Positions 1-11,226 of a stretch of DNA of 49,617 nt are shown piece by piece. Numbering within the stretch: position 1 is the first letter of the stretch; every line of letters starts with the position of its first letter. The stretch covers positions 1 through 49,617 of the forward strand of contig JAUCBJ010007764.1 in the NCBI GenBank assembly GCA_032718475.1, in the 5' to 3' direction. Source of the stretch: Nemertoderma westbladi (taxonomy: Eukaryota > Animalia > Xenacoelomorpha). A program made the translations under genes and the position numbers. The notes under the pieces were generated by a model. It had not been told where the DNA came from, did no database searches, and was given only the letters and a program-made list of their open reading frames with translations.

Positions 1-771
1 TTATCAGGCAAAACCCTGTCATTATTGAGGAGCTTTTCAAAGTGGGCTTTCCAACCATTGAGGCGATCGGCTGGTGATTCAGCCTTAACCTTGGTGGTTG
101 GTTGGCTTTTCCGCCCAGTAAGCAGATTGATCGATTTCCATGCCTGGGATGATTGCCTGCTGTCGTCAGCATCATTGATGGCATCAACCTGTTGGTTTAT
201 TAGCTCCTGTAGATTAACAGAGTACTGCCTGTTCAGGGACCTAGATGCAGCCTTAACTGCATTCTTGGCCGCTGTAGTCTGTTTGAGTCGGGACTCTTTC
301 TGCGCCTTATGAAGGTCATTTCGGCACTTCTGAATTTTGTTGTCAGTCCAGGGGGCCCTTTTCCTGTTTCGAGGGTATACAGGAACTGTTTCTGCAGCTG
401 CTAACTTAACTGCTTATGTAAAGGCAGTATAGCCCTCACAGTGATCTGCCGCCTCAGAGGCAAGAGCCTCATACCTGTTGCTCAGCTGTAGTGTGAAGCT
501 GGATCTCACACTTGGCTGTTGCAACAGAGAGGACCAGTCATGCCGCGGCAAGGCAGGTTTCGTTGTTCTGCTAGCACGCAGACTAAGTCTTACCTTGGCC
601 ACAATAAGGCGGTGATCACTGGAGAAGGGTCGAAGTGTAAATGCATTACACTCTTGTATAGAGCTCCTGTATTTCCTACGAAACAGAATATGGTCTATCT
701 GGGACTTGTGACCACTGGGTCCACTATGAGTCCATAGCTTTCCAGTTCGCTTCTTGAACTGGGTTCCAGCC
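1..771 (-). mobile_element. Degenerate LINE (RTE-like) ORF2 fragment: end of APE endonuclease plus linker
   Basis: Minus-strand translation gives KLWTHSGPSGHKSQIDHILF...SDHRLIVAKVRL...FTLQLSNRYEAL...PWTD...AWKSIN...WKAHFEKLL, with an in-frame stop near 414. It is cut at about 771 by a foldback element. Confidence 0.75.
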
Positions 772-1906
772 GATCAATGACTCAAAAAAGAACTTCCTGC
801 ATGCATCAAATGTCATCAAATGGGTCCAAACTTAGTTAGATACCAAAATTTTAATTTTTGGATTAAGGGAAGTAGTGCCACAGGCACATGACCAGAACTT
901 ACTCTTTGGCGCAAGTGATGATTATTCTCAATTTTGGTGATGGACAACTTTTAGTTCTCCTACGGCATTATTAGAACCGCAATGACCGATTTAGTGGGGG
1001 TAGACACCATCAAAATAAGCATAGAGCGAATAGTTCTTGAGATATTTCAGAAAATGTTAAGTATGTCACAAGTCAACATTACCGCCTTGATGATTTATAG
1101 ACAAACACAAAAACGTTACTTCTAAATATCTTCAGGCATCAAAAATATACACATCACTGCAACAAATTGATTTAGTGTATACAGGGACCTTCAAAATTAA
1201 AGAGTAGTGATTAATTCACTATAGTTTTTGTACAAAATGTGTGGAATGGGTCAACTCAATATCAAGTAGTAATTGGTGGATATAGTCTTGACATTTTGTA
1301 AAATAACTCAAAAACTAATGACTCTACTCTTATTTTGAAGGTGTCTTCACCTATTATATCGATCATTTCTGTGATGTGTCTATTCTTGATTCCTTGAGAT
1401 AATTCAATATATCATTTATAGTGTATTTGTCCATATCACATCAAGGCGGTAATGTAGACTTGTGCCGTACTTCACATTTTCTGCGATATCTCAAGAACTA
1501 TTCGCTCTACGTTTGTTTTGAAGGTGTCTACCCCCACTAATGCCGGACATTGCGGTTGTAATGAGCGTAATATGAATGCAGCAGGAGAACTCAAAGTTGG
1601 CCATCGCAAAAATTGAGAATAATCATCACTTGCGCCAAATGGTAGGTTCTGGCCATGTGCCTGTGGCACTAGTTCCCTTGACCCAAAAATTAAAATTTTG
1701 GTATCTAAATAAGTTTGGACCCATTTGATGACATTTGATGCATGCAGGAAGTTCTTTTTTGAGCCATTGATCTTTCATCAATGTGTTATATTGTTATACA
1801 TTTCATTATGGTGCATCGCGATGGCACAAAATTTCAACCCTCTTGGGATCCGTGAAGATATAGATGAAATTTAAAGAAATTTTTTTTGCCTTATTTTTTT
1901 ACCATT
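772..1906. mobile_element. Foldback/palindromic non-autonomous DNA element, copy 1
   Basis: 772-~1210 is an imperfect reverse complement of ~1325-1772 (e.g. GAACTTCCTGCATGCATCAAATGTCATCAAATGGGTCCAAAC and its reverse complement). A homologous copy lies at 14263-15452. Confidence 0.85.
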
Positions 1907-1996
1907 TGGCAACTTTTGTGCACCGGTAGAACAATAAAATCGAAAAAAAGTAAAAAACGCACCGCCCTACAGTGTACATGTGGCGCATTTAGGTAT

Positions 1997-2700
1997 TACA
2001 CGCACAAAGCAACGAGCTACAGTAGATCAGCTGTATACTGGCCTGGGAACAACCGGGATATAACTGAAACAGTACAACAGTGTAATATATGCCAAGAAAT
2101 ACGCCCTTGCCAGACAAAAGAGCCTCAACAAAGTACACCTTTGCCCAGTAGACCACTTGAAAGTGTATCAGCCGACTTGTTCCAAATTATAGGAAAGCAA
2201 TTCCTAGCTTATTATCTGATCATTAATCTGGATACCCAATGGTCGCAGAGTGGGCTAGAACACCGGATGCCTCGAAAGTCACATTTGCAACTGTAAAATT
2301 CGCATCTTCGAAGTTTAGTGAATTCTTAAAGCGTAAGGGGGGGGGGGGGGGGGGGGGTGAAATGGGAACCGAGCATGCCATATTACGCACAGTGAAATGG
2401 ACAAGCGGAGGCAGCAGTTAAATCTGTCAAACATTTACTCCTAAAGATGGCCAAACCTAATATAGACTGTGAGGAATTTCAGGAGGCCTTGCTAGAACTT
2501 CGAAACACTCTTCGATCTGATGGTTTCTCTCCAAACACAATAATTTTTGGCAAAATCTGAGATCCTTAGTAATGCTTATTGCTTACAACCACTGCAAGTC
2601 AGAACCCAAGTCAGACTACAGAGCCCCGAATCCAAACGCTGGGATACAGTAGGTGAAATCGTCAGGATTGGGAAGAACCGAGATTACAGAATAAAACGAA
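1997..2700 (+). mobile_element. Decayed Ty3/Gypsy integrase fragment
   Basis: SAVYWPG..RDITETVQQCNICQE...PLPSRPLESVSADLFQ (zinc finger C-x2-C and first catalytic D), then NGQAEAAVK and WDTVGEIV segments in shifted frames. Confidence 0.8.
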
Positions 2701-2940
2701 AGTATAACCTTTTTTTTCACTATTCTCGAGGTATTTTATTTACAGATAATACATTTATATATAGTGTCTTTATTCAGGTACACCCCCCCCCCCCCCCCCC
2801 CCCACACACACACAAATTGTCCATAAATCTTAAACGAGCTTATATGCAATTTGAAACAGTTACATCTCCCTCCTAGTAAGTGGGTAGGGTAAAGAAATTT
2901 ATTATAAGTAAATTAGTATAGTAAATAATTTAATATTAAA

Positions 2941-3208
2941 AAAGTAAATTTTCTTCGGCCGCTAGGCCAGGGATTACGCACAAAGTCTGACGACTTATTT
3001 CCAGTGCGGTCCCCCCAGAACTTTACTCCCCAGAGGAAACTCCAGTACTCATTTAGCTACCACTTAAGGATGCAAGGCAGAGATGCGCCCTGGCTGGTCC
3101 CTTTAAAGCATTCGTGCCGAAACGAAAACTGCCCTGGCCCATGTGAGGATCGAACCCACGACCTACGGGAGATGTGAATTCAATGCAACCACTACACCAA
3201 GGTGGAAC
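2941..3208 (-). mobile_element. tRNA-derived SINE, full-length copy
   Basis: The minus strand starts GTTCCACCTTGGTGTAGTGGTT (A box) ... TTCACAT ... GGGTTCGATCC (B box). A near-identical copy is at 12878-13150. Confidence 0.85.
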
Positions 3209-3374
3209 CTCAATAATTCGATTCGAATTCGATTGATCGATAAATTATTCGATTGTGTGTCATAGTGGATTATAACCAAACAGTTGCAATTAAATGCAGA
3301 TAAAACTGAAGTATTTCTGGTTGGGACATATAAACAAACAAGCGAAAAAAAACGTCAATAAAAATTAAAGAAAC

Positions 3375-3488
3375 TTAAAGTATTCGTGGCGAAACGAAAA
3401 CTGCCCTGGCCCCCATGCGGCGCGGGGATCGAACCCACGACCTCCAGAGAGATGTGAATTAAACGCAACCACTACACTAAGGTGGAAC
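3375..3488 (-). mobile_element. tRNA-derived SINE, 5' (tRNA head) fragment
   Basis: Matches the head of the 2941-3208 copy (GAAACGAAAACTGCCCTGGCCC...GATCGAACCCACGACC...GGTGGAAC). Confidence 0.8.
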
Positions 3489-3498
3489 TTAACTTTAA

Positions 3499-4012
3499 GG
3501 GTGAGCCAGTTTATATTTTTATTGTTGTCAATCTTTAGCTACAATCTTTTGAAGTGTCTCCGACGACATTGCACCAGTGACACCGTAAATATTCTCCGAC
3601 CTTATAGTGACTTTATTGGTAATCTACTGTTAGAAAGTTGGTCCTGCAAGAATTCCAAATATGTAACACAATCTGAATTTCGTTAAAAAATAGCCGAATT
3701 GTGAGCGCTCGAAAGAATTCGATAACGTTTGAAAGAATGGTTTTGCATCGTAGTCTCTGGTATTCTCAACGAAATTCAGATGATTGTGTAACATATTTGG
3801 AATCATTGCATGGCCAGCTTGCCATAAGTACCAACACATCACTATATCACTATACGGTTGAATTATAACTGCTGTTCAACTGGTGCAATATCGCTGGAGA
3901 CACCTTTTTCAACGACCTGTAGCTACAGATTGAAAGAAAAATAAACATTTTCAGCTGTTTACTAACTAAGGACAAGGGAAGGGAATCTATCTCTATTTCA
4001 AATTTCATGCAA
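3499..4012. mobile_element. Diverged palindromic MITE related to 15872-16701
   Basis: Shares GGGTGAGCCAG, AAGTGTCTCC, GAAAGTTGG and ATTCCAAATATGTAACA motifs with that MITE, with inverted counterparts at 3770-4010. A probable outer left arm lies at about 2780-2900. Confidence 0.6.
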
Positions 4013-4082
4013 TAACGGCCTACAAATAACAAGGTAAGAGTAGATTAAATGTTAATTCTAAAACTTCGGAATATTTGGTTGA

Positions 4083-5549
4083 TTAATCAACCCTCGATAT
4101 GGCTTGTACTTTGTATGCCTTTGGGATCCGTGTGAACCCAGATTGATCGTCTTGTATGTCGGGAAGTTCACCACTGGCAACCAGATTAAATCGATGGAGT
4201 AGATGGCTGCTGAAAATTCTAAACTCCATTTGGGCGAGGCGTTCACCAGCGCAGATCCGAGGGCCAACTCCAAACGGAATGAATTCATCTCGCTTTCTTA
4301 TAGTCGAACCGTCTTCCGATAGGAAATGTTGGGGGAAGAATTCATCGGGTTTCTCCCACACATTCGGGTCTCTAAGGACGTTCCATAAATTACCGAAAAC
4401 CCTATCGCTACGATGTATCGAGTAGTTGTTGAATTCTATATCATGGGGAACTCTATAAGCAATAGTTGATGGTGCAATAACTCCAAATCTGAGAACCTCT
4501 AACAAACAAGCATCGAAATAAGGCATCTCAGAGAAGTCTTCGATGGTAGGAAGTCTGTCCCTTCCGACGACTTCATCTAATGTTCGCTGACATTTCGTCT
4601 GTATGTGTGGATGTGTCACCACGATGAGGATAAACCAGTACAAGGCGCTGGCTGTTGTTTCGGATCCGGCAAGGAACAGATCTGATATCGAACATTCCAG
4701 GTTGATGTCTCTATAGAAACAGGCAGTGTCTGGTTTCCCTAAATCCATCCATTTCTTCTCCTCTATAATATGGCAATCGATGTAATCTCTCGGCGAATCG
4801 TAATCAATGGATTCTCGATGCTCTTTAATAAATTTTCTAAATATTATCAACGTATTTTCTCGAAGTTTAAACAGGTTCATATGATCACTGAGGAATATAT
4901 TTGCTAATAATTTTGGAACTCCAAATAAATATGGATTTACCCTGAATTGTTTGTTTACCATATCATTAAGATGGATAAAAACTTTATCGTCGTAATCGAA
5001 TCTGTCTGTGAAGACAACGCTGCTGATTACATTGGAGACAGCTCTCCCAACAATCTGAAAGGAATCAAATGGCGAACCATCCAGTTTTTCGATGCAATCA
5101 TTCAACATACCAGCCTCTTCTATAACTCGCTCTTCGAAACTTTTCTTCCCGAGGTAGAATTGTCGCAACACCGACATGAATAACTTCCGTTGATGCATCC
5201 AAACTTTACCACTCGATGCGGTAATACCGTCACGGGTTACTAACTGAAACCGATCCGAGAATTTGCTGCTTTTATCAACAAATGCTTGTCGCATGATATT
5301 AAACGAATTCAGTATAACAATATCGTGGAATCCTGGAACACGTAAGGATATGATCCCGGAATTCAATTGTTTGCTCCACTTCGCCCATGTAACTGTTCTA
5401 TTGAGATTGCGAGAGTTCCACAGGGTGAGAATATTCCCAATAATCGGTAAACTGGGTGGTGATGGGGGTCTAACGCGTTTAGAACGATTCAACATAACAT
5501 ATATAACGACAACAGAAACAATAAATATCGTTATGCTCATGATATCCAT
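4083..5549 (-). CDS. Cytochrome P450, CYP2 clan, intronless (488 aa)
   Basis: N-terminal membrane anchor, PPSP hinge, WxxxR (WMHQR), I-helix AGSETT, ExxR (EVLR) and heme motif FGVGPRICAG in one uninterrupted ORF. Confidence 0.95.
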   Translation of the reverse strand: MDIMSITIFIVSVVVIYVMLNRSKRVRPPSPPSLPIIGNILTLWNSRNLNRTVTWAKWSKQLNSGIISLRVPGFHDIVILNSFNIMRQAFVDKSSKFSDRFQLVTRDGITASSGKVWMHQRKLFMSVLRQFYLGKKSFEERVIEEAGMLNDCIEKLDGSPFDSFQIVGRAVSNVISSVVFTDRFDYDDKVFIHLNDMVNKQFRVNPYLFGVPKLLANIFLSDHMNLFKLRENTLIIFRKFIKEHRESIDYDSPRDYIDCHIIEEKKWMDLGKPDTACFYRDINLECSISDLFLAGSETTASALYWFILIVVTHPHIQTKCQRTLDEVVGRDRLPTIEDFSEMPYFDACLLEVLRFGVIAPSTIAYRVPHDIEFNNYSIHRSDRVFGNLWNVLRDPNVWEKPDEFFPQHFLSEDGSTIRKRDEFIPFGVGPRICAGERLAQMEFRIFSSHLLHRFNLVASGELPDIQDDQSGFTRIPKAYKVQAISRVD

Positions 5550-6625
5550 AACTCGTTATGGTGTTTATAGAAGTCCCGGTCTAAATATTTTTGAGTTATC
5601 TTACACAATAAATGTTTTGCTTTTAATTAGAAATTATACCTATTCTAATATTCTGAACTATTAATATTAATCAGGCGAATTGTATTCAATTTAATGTGCA
5701 GAACATTTGTAGTGGTTACACAATACTGGAATATTCAGTTATGTCGGGTCTTTTTCCAAGAAATTCGACAATCCAATTCAATCTTTAATCAATGCAAAGA
5801 AAGGCATTACTAATAACGTTAGATAAGTTGGATTAAAAAAATATCATGGGTAAAGTTCATCAAGTACTCTCATTAGTGGCTAATGTTCGCGGAGCATTAT
5901 AGTACTGTATCTTTATTTGGAATATGTGAATGTTTGCTGAGGTGCATATATACAGTACTGTACGTATATAGTACAGTATTACTCATTTATTGGCGATTAC
6001 AGATTATCCTGTGTACCATTTACAAATAGGAGGAGGGTGGGGGGGGGGGGGGGTTATATTTACACATAAACAGAAATCTGTTCTATTGACTTTAGTTTAT
6101 TGTTTTGGTTTGAGCCAATGTAATCTACTCCTTACCCTTTAATCGATATTTAACATTGAGGCGAGATACCATTAAAATACACAATAAGGCCAGTAGGGCA
6201 ACAATGCAGCACTGGTGTGGAGTCGGACCGGGATTCCCCTTGAATTTTTAATGAAGCGTTTTCAATTAATGCCTTTTCGAGAAATTGGACCGTTCCTAAC
6301 AGGACAGGAGGATTCTTCACATCATTCGAAATCGTTAGGAAGCTGTGGCGACGAGAAGGGTTTGTAACGTCCAACCATATAGAGAAGCACACCGGGAGAA
6401 GTGCGACGCTGATTGGATATAGAGAAGCACACGGGGAGAAGCACACCGGGAGAAGTGTGACGCTGATTGGCTGAAACTTTATGGTGCTGTCAGGAAATTA
6501 GTACACGCTTTATATAGTATAATATTCAGAATTTTGATGTTGAGAGGAGTTTTCGCGCCCGTGTTACTGTAGAAATCATAATAATAGATAATGCATTTGA
6601 CATTTGGCATAAGACATTTGACCGA

Positions 6626-6835
6626 TTGCCGTTTCTTGACGTCCTCACCAGTCACCACTATTAACAACAGTGGGAACATTGTTTTCGAGCTATACACAAA
6701 ACCTTCGAATGTTGGAGTGATGATAAACTTTAACAGCCACCACCCGAAAAGCACGATTTTTAACACCGCTGGCAGCGCACTACAGAGAGCCTTATCGCGG
6801 GGTAGCACACCGGAAGGGAAGGCGATTATTACTTC
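6626..6835 (+). mobile_element. Penelope-like element reverse transcriptase C-terminal fragment
   Basis: LPFLDVL at 6626, then after a frameshift LYTKPSNVGVMINFNSHHP...LQRA, the typical PLE thumb-region pattern. Confidence 0.7.
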
Positions 6836-6900
6836 AAATTAATATGAAGTGCTTATTTCTTAACTACTGATTTCTATCGAAAAAAAATCATTAAAATCAT

Positions 6901-8530
6901 CTACATTTCCACCCACCTTCCCACCCACCTTCCTACAAGACAATCTTCCCACATTCCCATCTCCCCATCTTCCTACATTTCCACCCACATTCCCATCTAC
7001 CTACATTCCCACCCACATTCCCACCTACTTCCCATATTCCCATCTTCTTACATTCCCACCCACCTTCCCACATTCCAACCCACCTTCCCATCTTCCCACA
7101 TTCCCATCTTCCCACATTCCCATCTTTCTACATTCCCATCTTCCTACGCTCCCACCCTCCTTCCCACATTCCCACTTTTCTTCCCACATTCCCATCTACC
7201 TACATTCCCACCCACATTCCCACCTACTTCCCATATTCCCATCTTCTTACATTCCCACCCACCTTCCCACATTCCAACCCACCTTCCCATCTTCCCACAT
7301 TCCCATCTTCCCACATTCCCATCTTTCTACATTCCCATCTTCCTACGTTCCCACCCTCCTTCCCACATTCCCACTCATCTTCCCACATTCCCATCTTCCT
7401 ACATTTCCACCCACCTTCCCAAATATCCATCTTTCTACATTCCCATCTTCCTACATTTCCACCCACCTTCCCCAATTTCCCTCTTTCTACATTCCCATTC
7501 TCCTTCCCACATTCCCACTCATCTTCCCACATTCCATCTTCCCACATTCCATCTTCCCACATTCCCATCTCCCCACATTCCCATCTTCCCACATTCCCAT
7601 CTTCCTACATTCCCATCTTCCTACATTCCCATCTTCCTACATTCCCATCTGCCTTCCCACATTCCCACCCACGTTCCCACATCCCAACCCACCTTCCCAC
7701 TGCCCATTTTCCCACATTCCAATCTTCCCACATTCCCATCTTTCTACATTCCCACCCTCCTTCCCACATTCCCAACTTCCTACAATCCCATCTTCCTACA
7801 TTTCCATCTACCTTCCCACATTCCCACCCACCTTCCTACAAGACAATCTTCCCACATTCCCATCTTCATACATTCCTTTGTTCCTATATTCCCACCCACC
7901 TTCCCACATTCCAACCCACCTTCCCACACATTCCCATCTACCTAGATTCCCACCCACCTTCCCACACACCTTCTACATGACAATCTTCCCACATTCCCAT
8001 CTTCATACATTCCCATCCACCTTCCCACATTACCATCTTCATACATTTCCATCTTCCAACAATCCCACCCAACTTCTCACATTCCCATCTTCCTACATCT
8101 CCATCTTCCAACATTCCCACCCACCTTCTCACATTCCATCTTTCTACATCCCCTTCTTCCAACATTCCCACCCACCTTCCCACACACCTTCTACATGACA
8201 ATCTTCCCACATTCCCATCTTCATACATTCCCATCCACCTTCCCACATTACCATCTTCATACATTCCCATCTTCCAACAATCCCACCCAACTTCTCACAT
8301 TCCCATCTTCCTACATCTCCATCTTCCAACATTCCCACCCACCTTCTCACATTCCATCTTTCTACATTCCCATCTTCCTACATTCCCACCCTCCTTCCCA
8401 CATTCCAACCCACCTTCCCACATTCACATCTACCTACATTTCCACCGACCTTCCCACACACCTTAAACATGACAATCTTCCCACATTCCCATCTTCATAC
8501 ATTCCCATCTCCAACATTCCCACCCACCTT
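6901..8530. repeat. C/T-rich minisatellite (about 16-nt unit TTCCCACATTCCCATC)
   Basis: Degenerate tandem repeats with a near-exact internal duplication of about 220 bp (~7957-8176 vs ~8176-8395). The minus strand is GGG-rich. Confidence 0.95.
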
Positions 8531-8532
8531 CT

Positions 8533-10255
8533 TGTTAGAGTAACCAATATGTAATTTAATCAGATTAATTATATTGATTAATTATAATATACAACTGATT
8601 AGTCAGCTGTGCAGTAGGAGATAATTGTATGTTACACAGCTGTACAGTTAGAGGTTGAAGGACATTATGCATAACGATGAAGAAGGATTATTAATATATG
8701 AACTATAGTAAACTACAGTAATTGTTTTCTGATTCTGTGAGTAATCCTCACATTTGGTGACCCAGCGATTTCTTTCTTTTTTTTTAAATAAATTAGTTGC
8801 TTAGTTATTGTCCAATGTCTTTCACTGCTTACCGTAAGGCTGATCTGGCTGAAGTCCTCCAGCAACTGAACAGTTCAGATCCCAACTACTCGCTACCCGA
8901 CAAGAAAGCCGACATGATCGATGAACTCAGCAAAGAGAATCCAGTCGCAATTAAAATTCTTCTGTCGCATATACAGAAGAGTCAAACGGTTCTACAGCCA
9001 TCAGTACCTCATCCGCAAACACCACATTCGTATCCACAAAAGGTAAAACTACCCGAATTCTATGAGAAAGACGCTAGAGTATGGTCCCAACAAGTGGAAG
9101 CCGTGCTTGAAGGACACCCAGCTGCAGCAATGAGATCCAATTTGTTGGCTGTTTTGCCAACAGAAACAATATTGGATGCTGGAGTCAACCTCAGTGATAC
9201 TTTCGAGACGATTAAAGATAATATAATAACTCATTTGGCTGACAGCGACAACAAACGCCTGCGTAAATTACTTGCAGCTCAAGAGCTTGGTGACAGAAAG
9301 CCTTCAGATGCCCTGCGGCAAATGCTGCGCCTAGCACCAGCAAATGAACAAATCGTCCGTTTGCGTTTTCTAGAAATCTTACCATCCTCGGTTAGTATAG
9401 TTCTAACAACTTTGAGTGGTCTTTCACTGGAACAAATGGGTGATGTTGCTGATAAAATGATTGAGCAACAGGATTCCCAATCGTCAACTAGTTTATCCGC
9501 ACCAATCCATCATCAGACTGAAATCAACATGCTCCAGGAGTCGCAAAAAATCCTTGTCCAATCACAGAAGTCACTCGCTGATCAAATTTCGCAGATAAAC
9601 ACGCAACTAAGAGACCTCTCAACACGCCGAGATGGAGATCGTTCCCGTTCTCGATACAACTCATCACGCTCTGGTTCTCGTTCAGCAACACCTCATCGTC
9701 AACGCTCACATTCTCGCTCCCAATCTCGAGAATACAACCCAAATGGAGCCTGGTGTTACTACCATTACACTTATGGCAGAGAAGCATCCAAGTGTCGACC
9801 GCCCTGTTCATGGCGCAATCTAACAAACCGACGTTGTGGAAATCCAGGTAACTCTGACAGTAATAATGAAAACAATAATACCGGTGGTAGTGATATTTGT
9901 AATATTCACGTAGAAGCTTTACCGGTAGGAGAATTTCTAATTGACTCTGGCAGTGGTTATTCTATATTAGCCCAGAAATTCCAATCCCTTCTGAAAAATA
10001 AATCCCAGAATAATGTCCTGTTGAAAGCAGCTAATTATTCTGAAATACGAAATTATGGGAGCGGAATACTTGAATTTTATATTCCAACCCTTAGAAAGGA
10101 ACCATTTACTTGAAATTTTATAGTGGCAGACGTAACACAACCCATTCTTGGAATTGATTTTCTCCGACACAATAATATCAATATTGATTGTGCGAGTAAA
10201 CAAATATATTTCAAAACTCCAATGAAAATGTCGATTCAAAACGAAAACAATAAAC
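8533..10255 (+). mobile_element. Ty3/Gypsy LTR retrotransposon A (CsRn1-like): 5' LTR, PBS, gag-protease, truncated
   Basis: Putative LTR TG(8533)...CA(8752), PBS TGGTGACCC at 8755 (tRNA-Trp type). Gag with KLPEFY and the CHCC knuckle CYYHYTYGREASKCRPPC. Protease FLIDSGS and PILGIDFL. Confidence 0.85.
8815..10113 (+). pseudogene. Gag-protease polyprotein of Gypsy A, ending at a premature TGA
   Basis: ATG at 8815. EPFT*NFIVADVTQPILGIDFL continues in frame past the stop at 10111-10113, consistent with a TGG(Trp) to TGA change. Confidence 0.8.
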
Positions 10256-10485
10256 TGTGGCGGTGCCACTTACATACTCAGGACCTACTGAGTTTTGCCA
10301 TATACTCGGACAAGTATTAGAGTAGGAGTAGCCTATGACCTGGCATGTTGCATACTGGTGTAGGCTAACTACTGCCTGGATATTATACTGCCACATTGGT
10401 GACCCGACTGCTCAGCACGATTTGTTGAGTCGAACTGCAACCAACAGCCCTCCCGTTATTCGCGCCCCGCTCCAACGCCTTCACC

Positions 10486-11226
10486 ATGGCTGAGGCAAAT
10501 GCCGTCTCCCTAAAACTGCCCACCTTCTGGACTAACCAGCCTGAGGTTTGGTTCGCCCAGGCCGAGGCACAGTTCGCCATCCGGGGCGTCACAACCGAGG
10601 CCACTAAGTACTACTACGTGGTGGGGGCCCTCGACCAGGACACTGCCAGTCGCCTCCTCCAGCTGATCCGGGATCCCCCTACTGTCGACCAGTACGCCCA
10701 GATCAAGGCCAAACTCCTCAAGGTGTTCGGACTCTCCCGCCGCGACCGCGCCGCGCGGCTCTGGGACTTGAACGGCCTCGGCGACCGCCGACCCTCGCAG
10801 CTCCTCGGTGAGATGCAGGCACTCCTCGGTGATAACCACCACTGCCTGCTGTTCGAGGAGGCGTTCCTCCGCCAGATGCCCGACGCCATACGCCTCCAAC
10901 TCGCCGAGGAGGACTTTCGCGACCTCGACCGCGTCGCAGACCGTGCCGACGCGCTTTGGGAAACCTCCCGCTCGAGCTCACTCTCCGCTCATGCTGTAGC
11001 GACGCCGCTCATCGTACCGGAGCCGGCAGTGCGTACTGTACGAGGTCCCGGCGGGCCGGCCCGCCACAAGCCCTCCACCGGCCCCCCAACTAGCGGCCGG
11101 AGTTCACGCGTCCCCCAGCCTGCTCACGACGACTGGTGCTACTTCCACCAGAAGTTTGGCACCGACGCCCTGAAGTGCCGCTCGCCCTGCACTTTTCCGG
11201 GAAACGCCCCGGCCAGCCGTCAGTAG
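10486..11226 (+). CDS. gag: Gag protein of Gypsy B (246 aa)
   Basis: KLPTFWTNQPEVWFAQAEAQF, LGDRRPSQLL and the CHCC knuckle CYFHQKFGTDALKCRSPC. Confidence 0.9.
   Translation: MAEANAVSLKLPTFWTNQPEVWFAQAEAQFAIRGVTTEATKYYYVVGALDQDTASRLLQLIRDPPTVDQYAQIKAKLLKVFGLSRRDRAARLWDLNGLGDRRPSQLLGEMQALLGDNHHCLLFEEAFLRQMPDAIRLQLAEEDFRDLDRVADRADALWETSRSSSLSAHAVATPLIVPEPAVRTVRGPGGPARHKPSTGPPTSGRSSRVPQPAHDDWCYFHQKFGTDALKCRSPCTFPGNAPASRQ

Noticed and set aside
3135-3208. Functional tRNA-Val gene
   Set aside because: Acceptor and anticodon stems do not pair properly, and it is fused to a repeated SINE body.
3255-3335. Short coding-like stretch (LQLNADKTEVFLVG)
   Set aside because: Probably a tiny CR1/L2 RT remnant; too short to annotate with confidence.
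6933-8554. Trp/Glu/Cys/Gly-rich and His/Pro-rich ORFs
   Set aside because: Translations of the minisatellite.
10111-10113. Programmed stop read-through or TGA=Trp recoding
   Set aside because: The stop falls inside the protease of a disrupted element, so a nonsense mutation is simpler.
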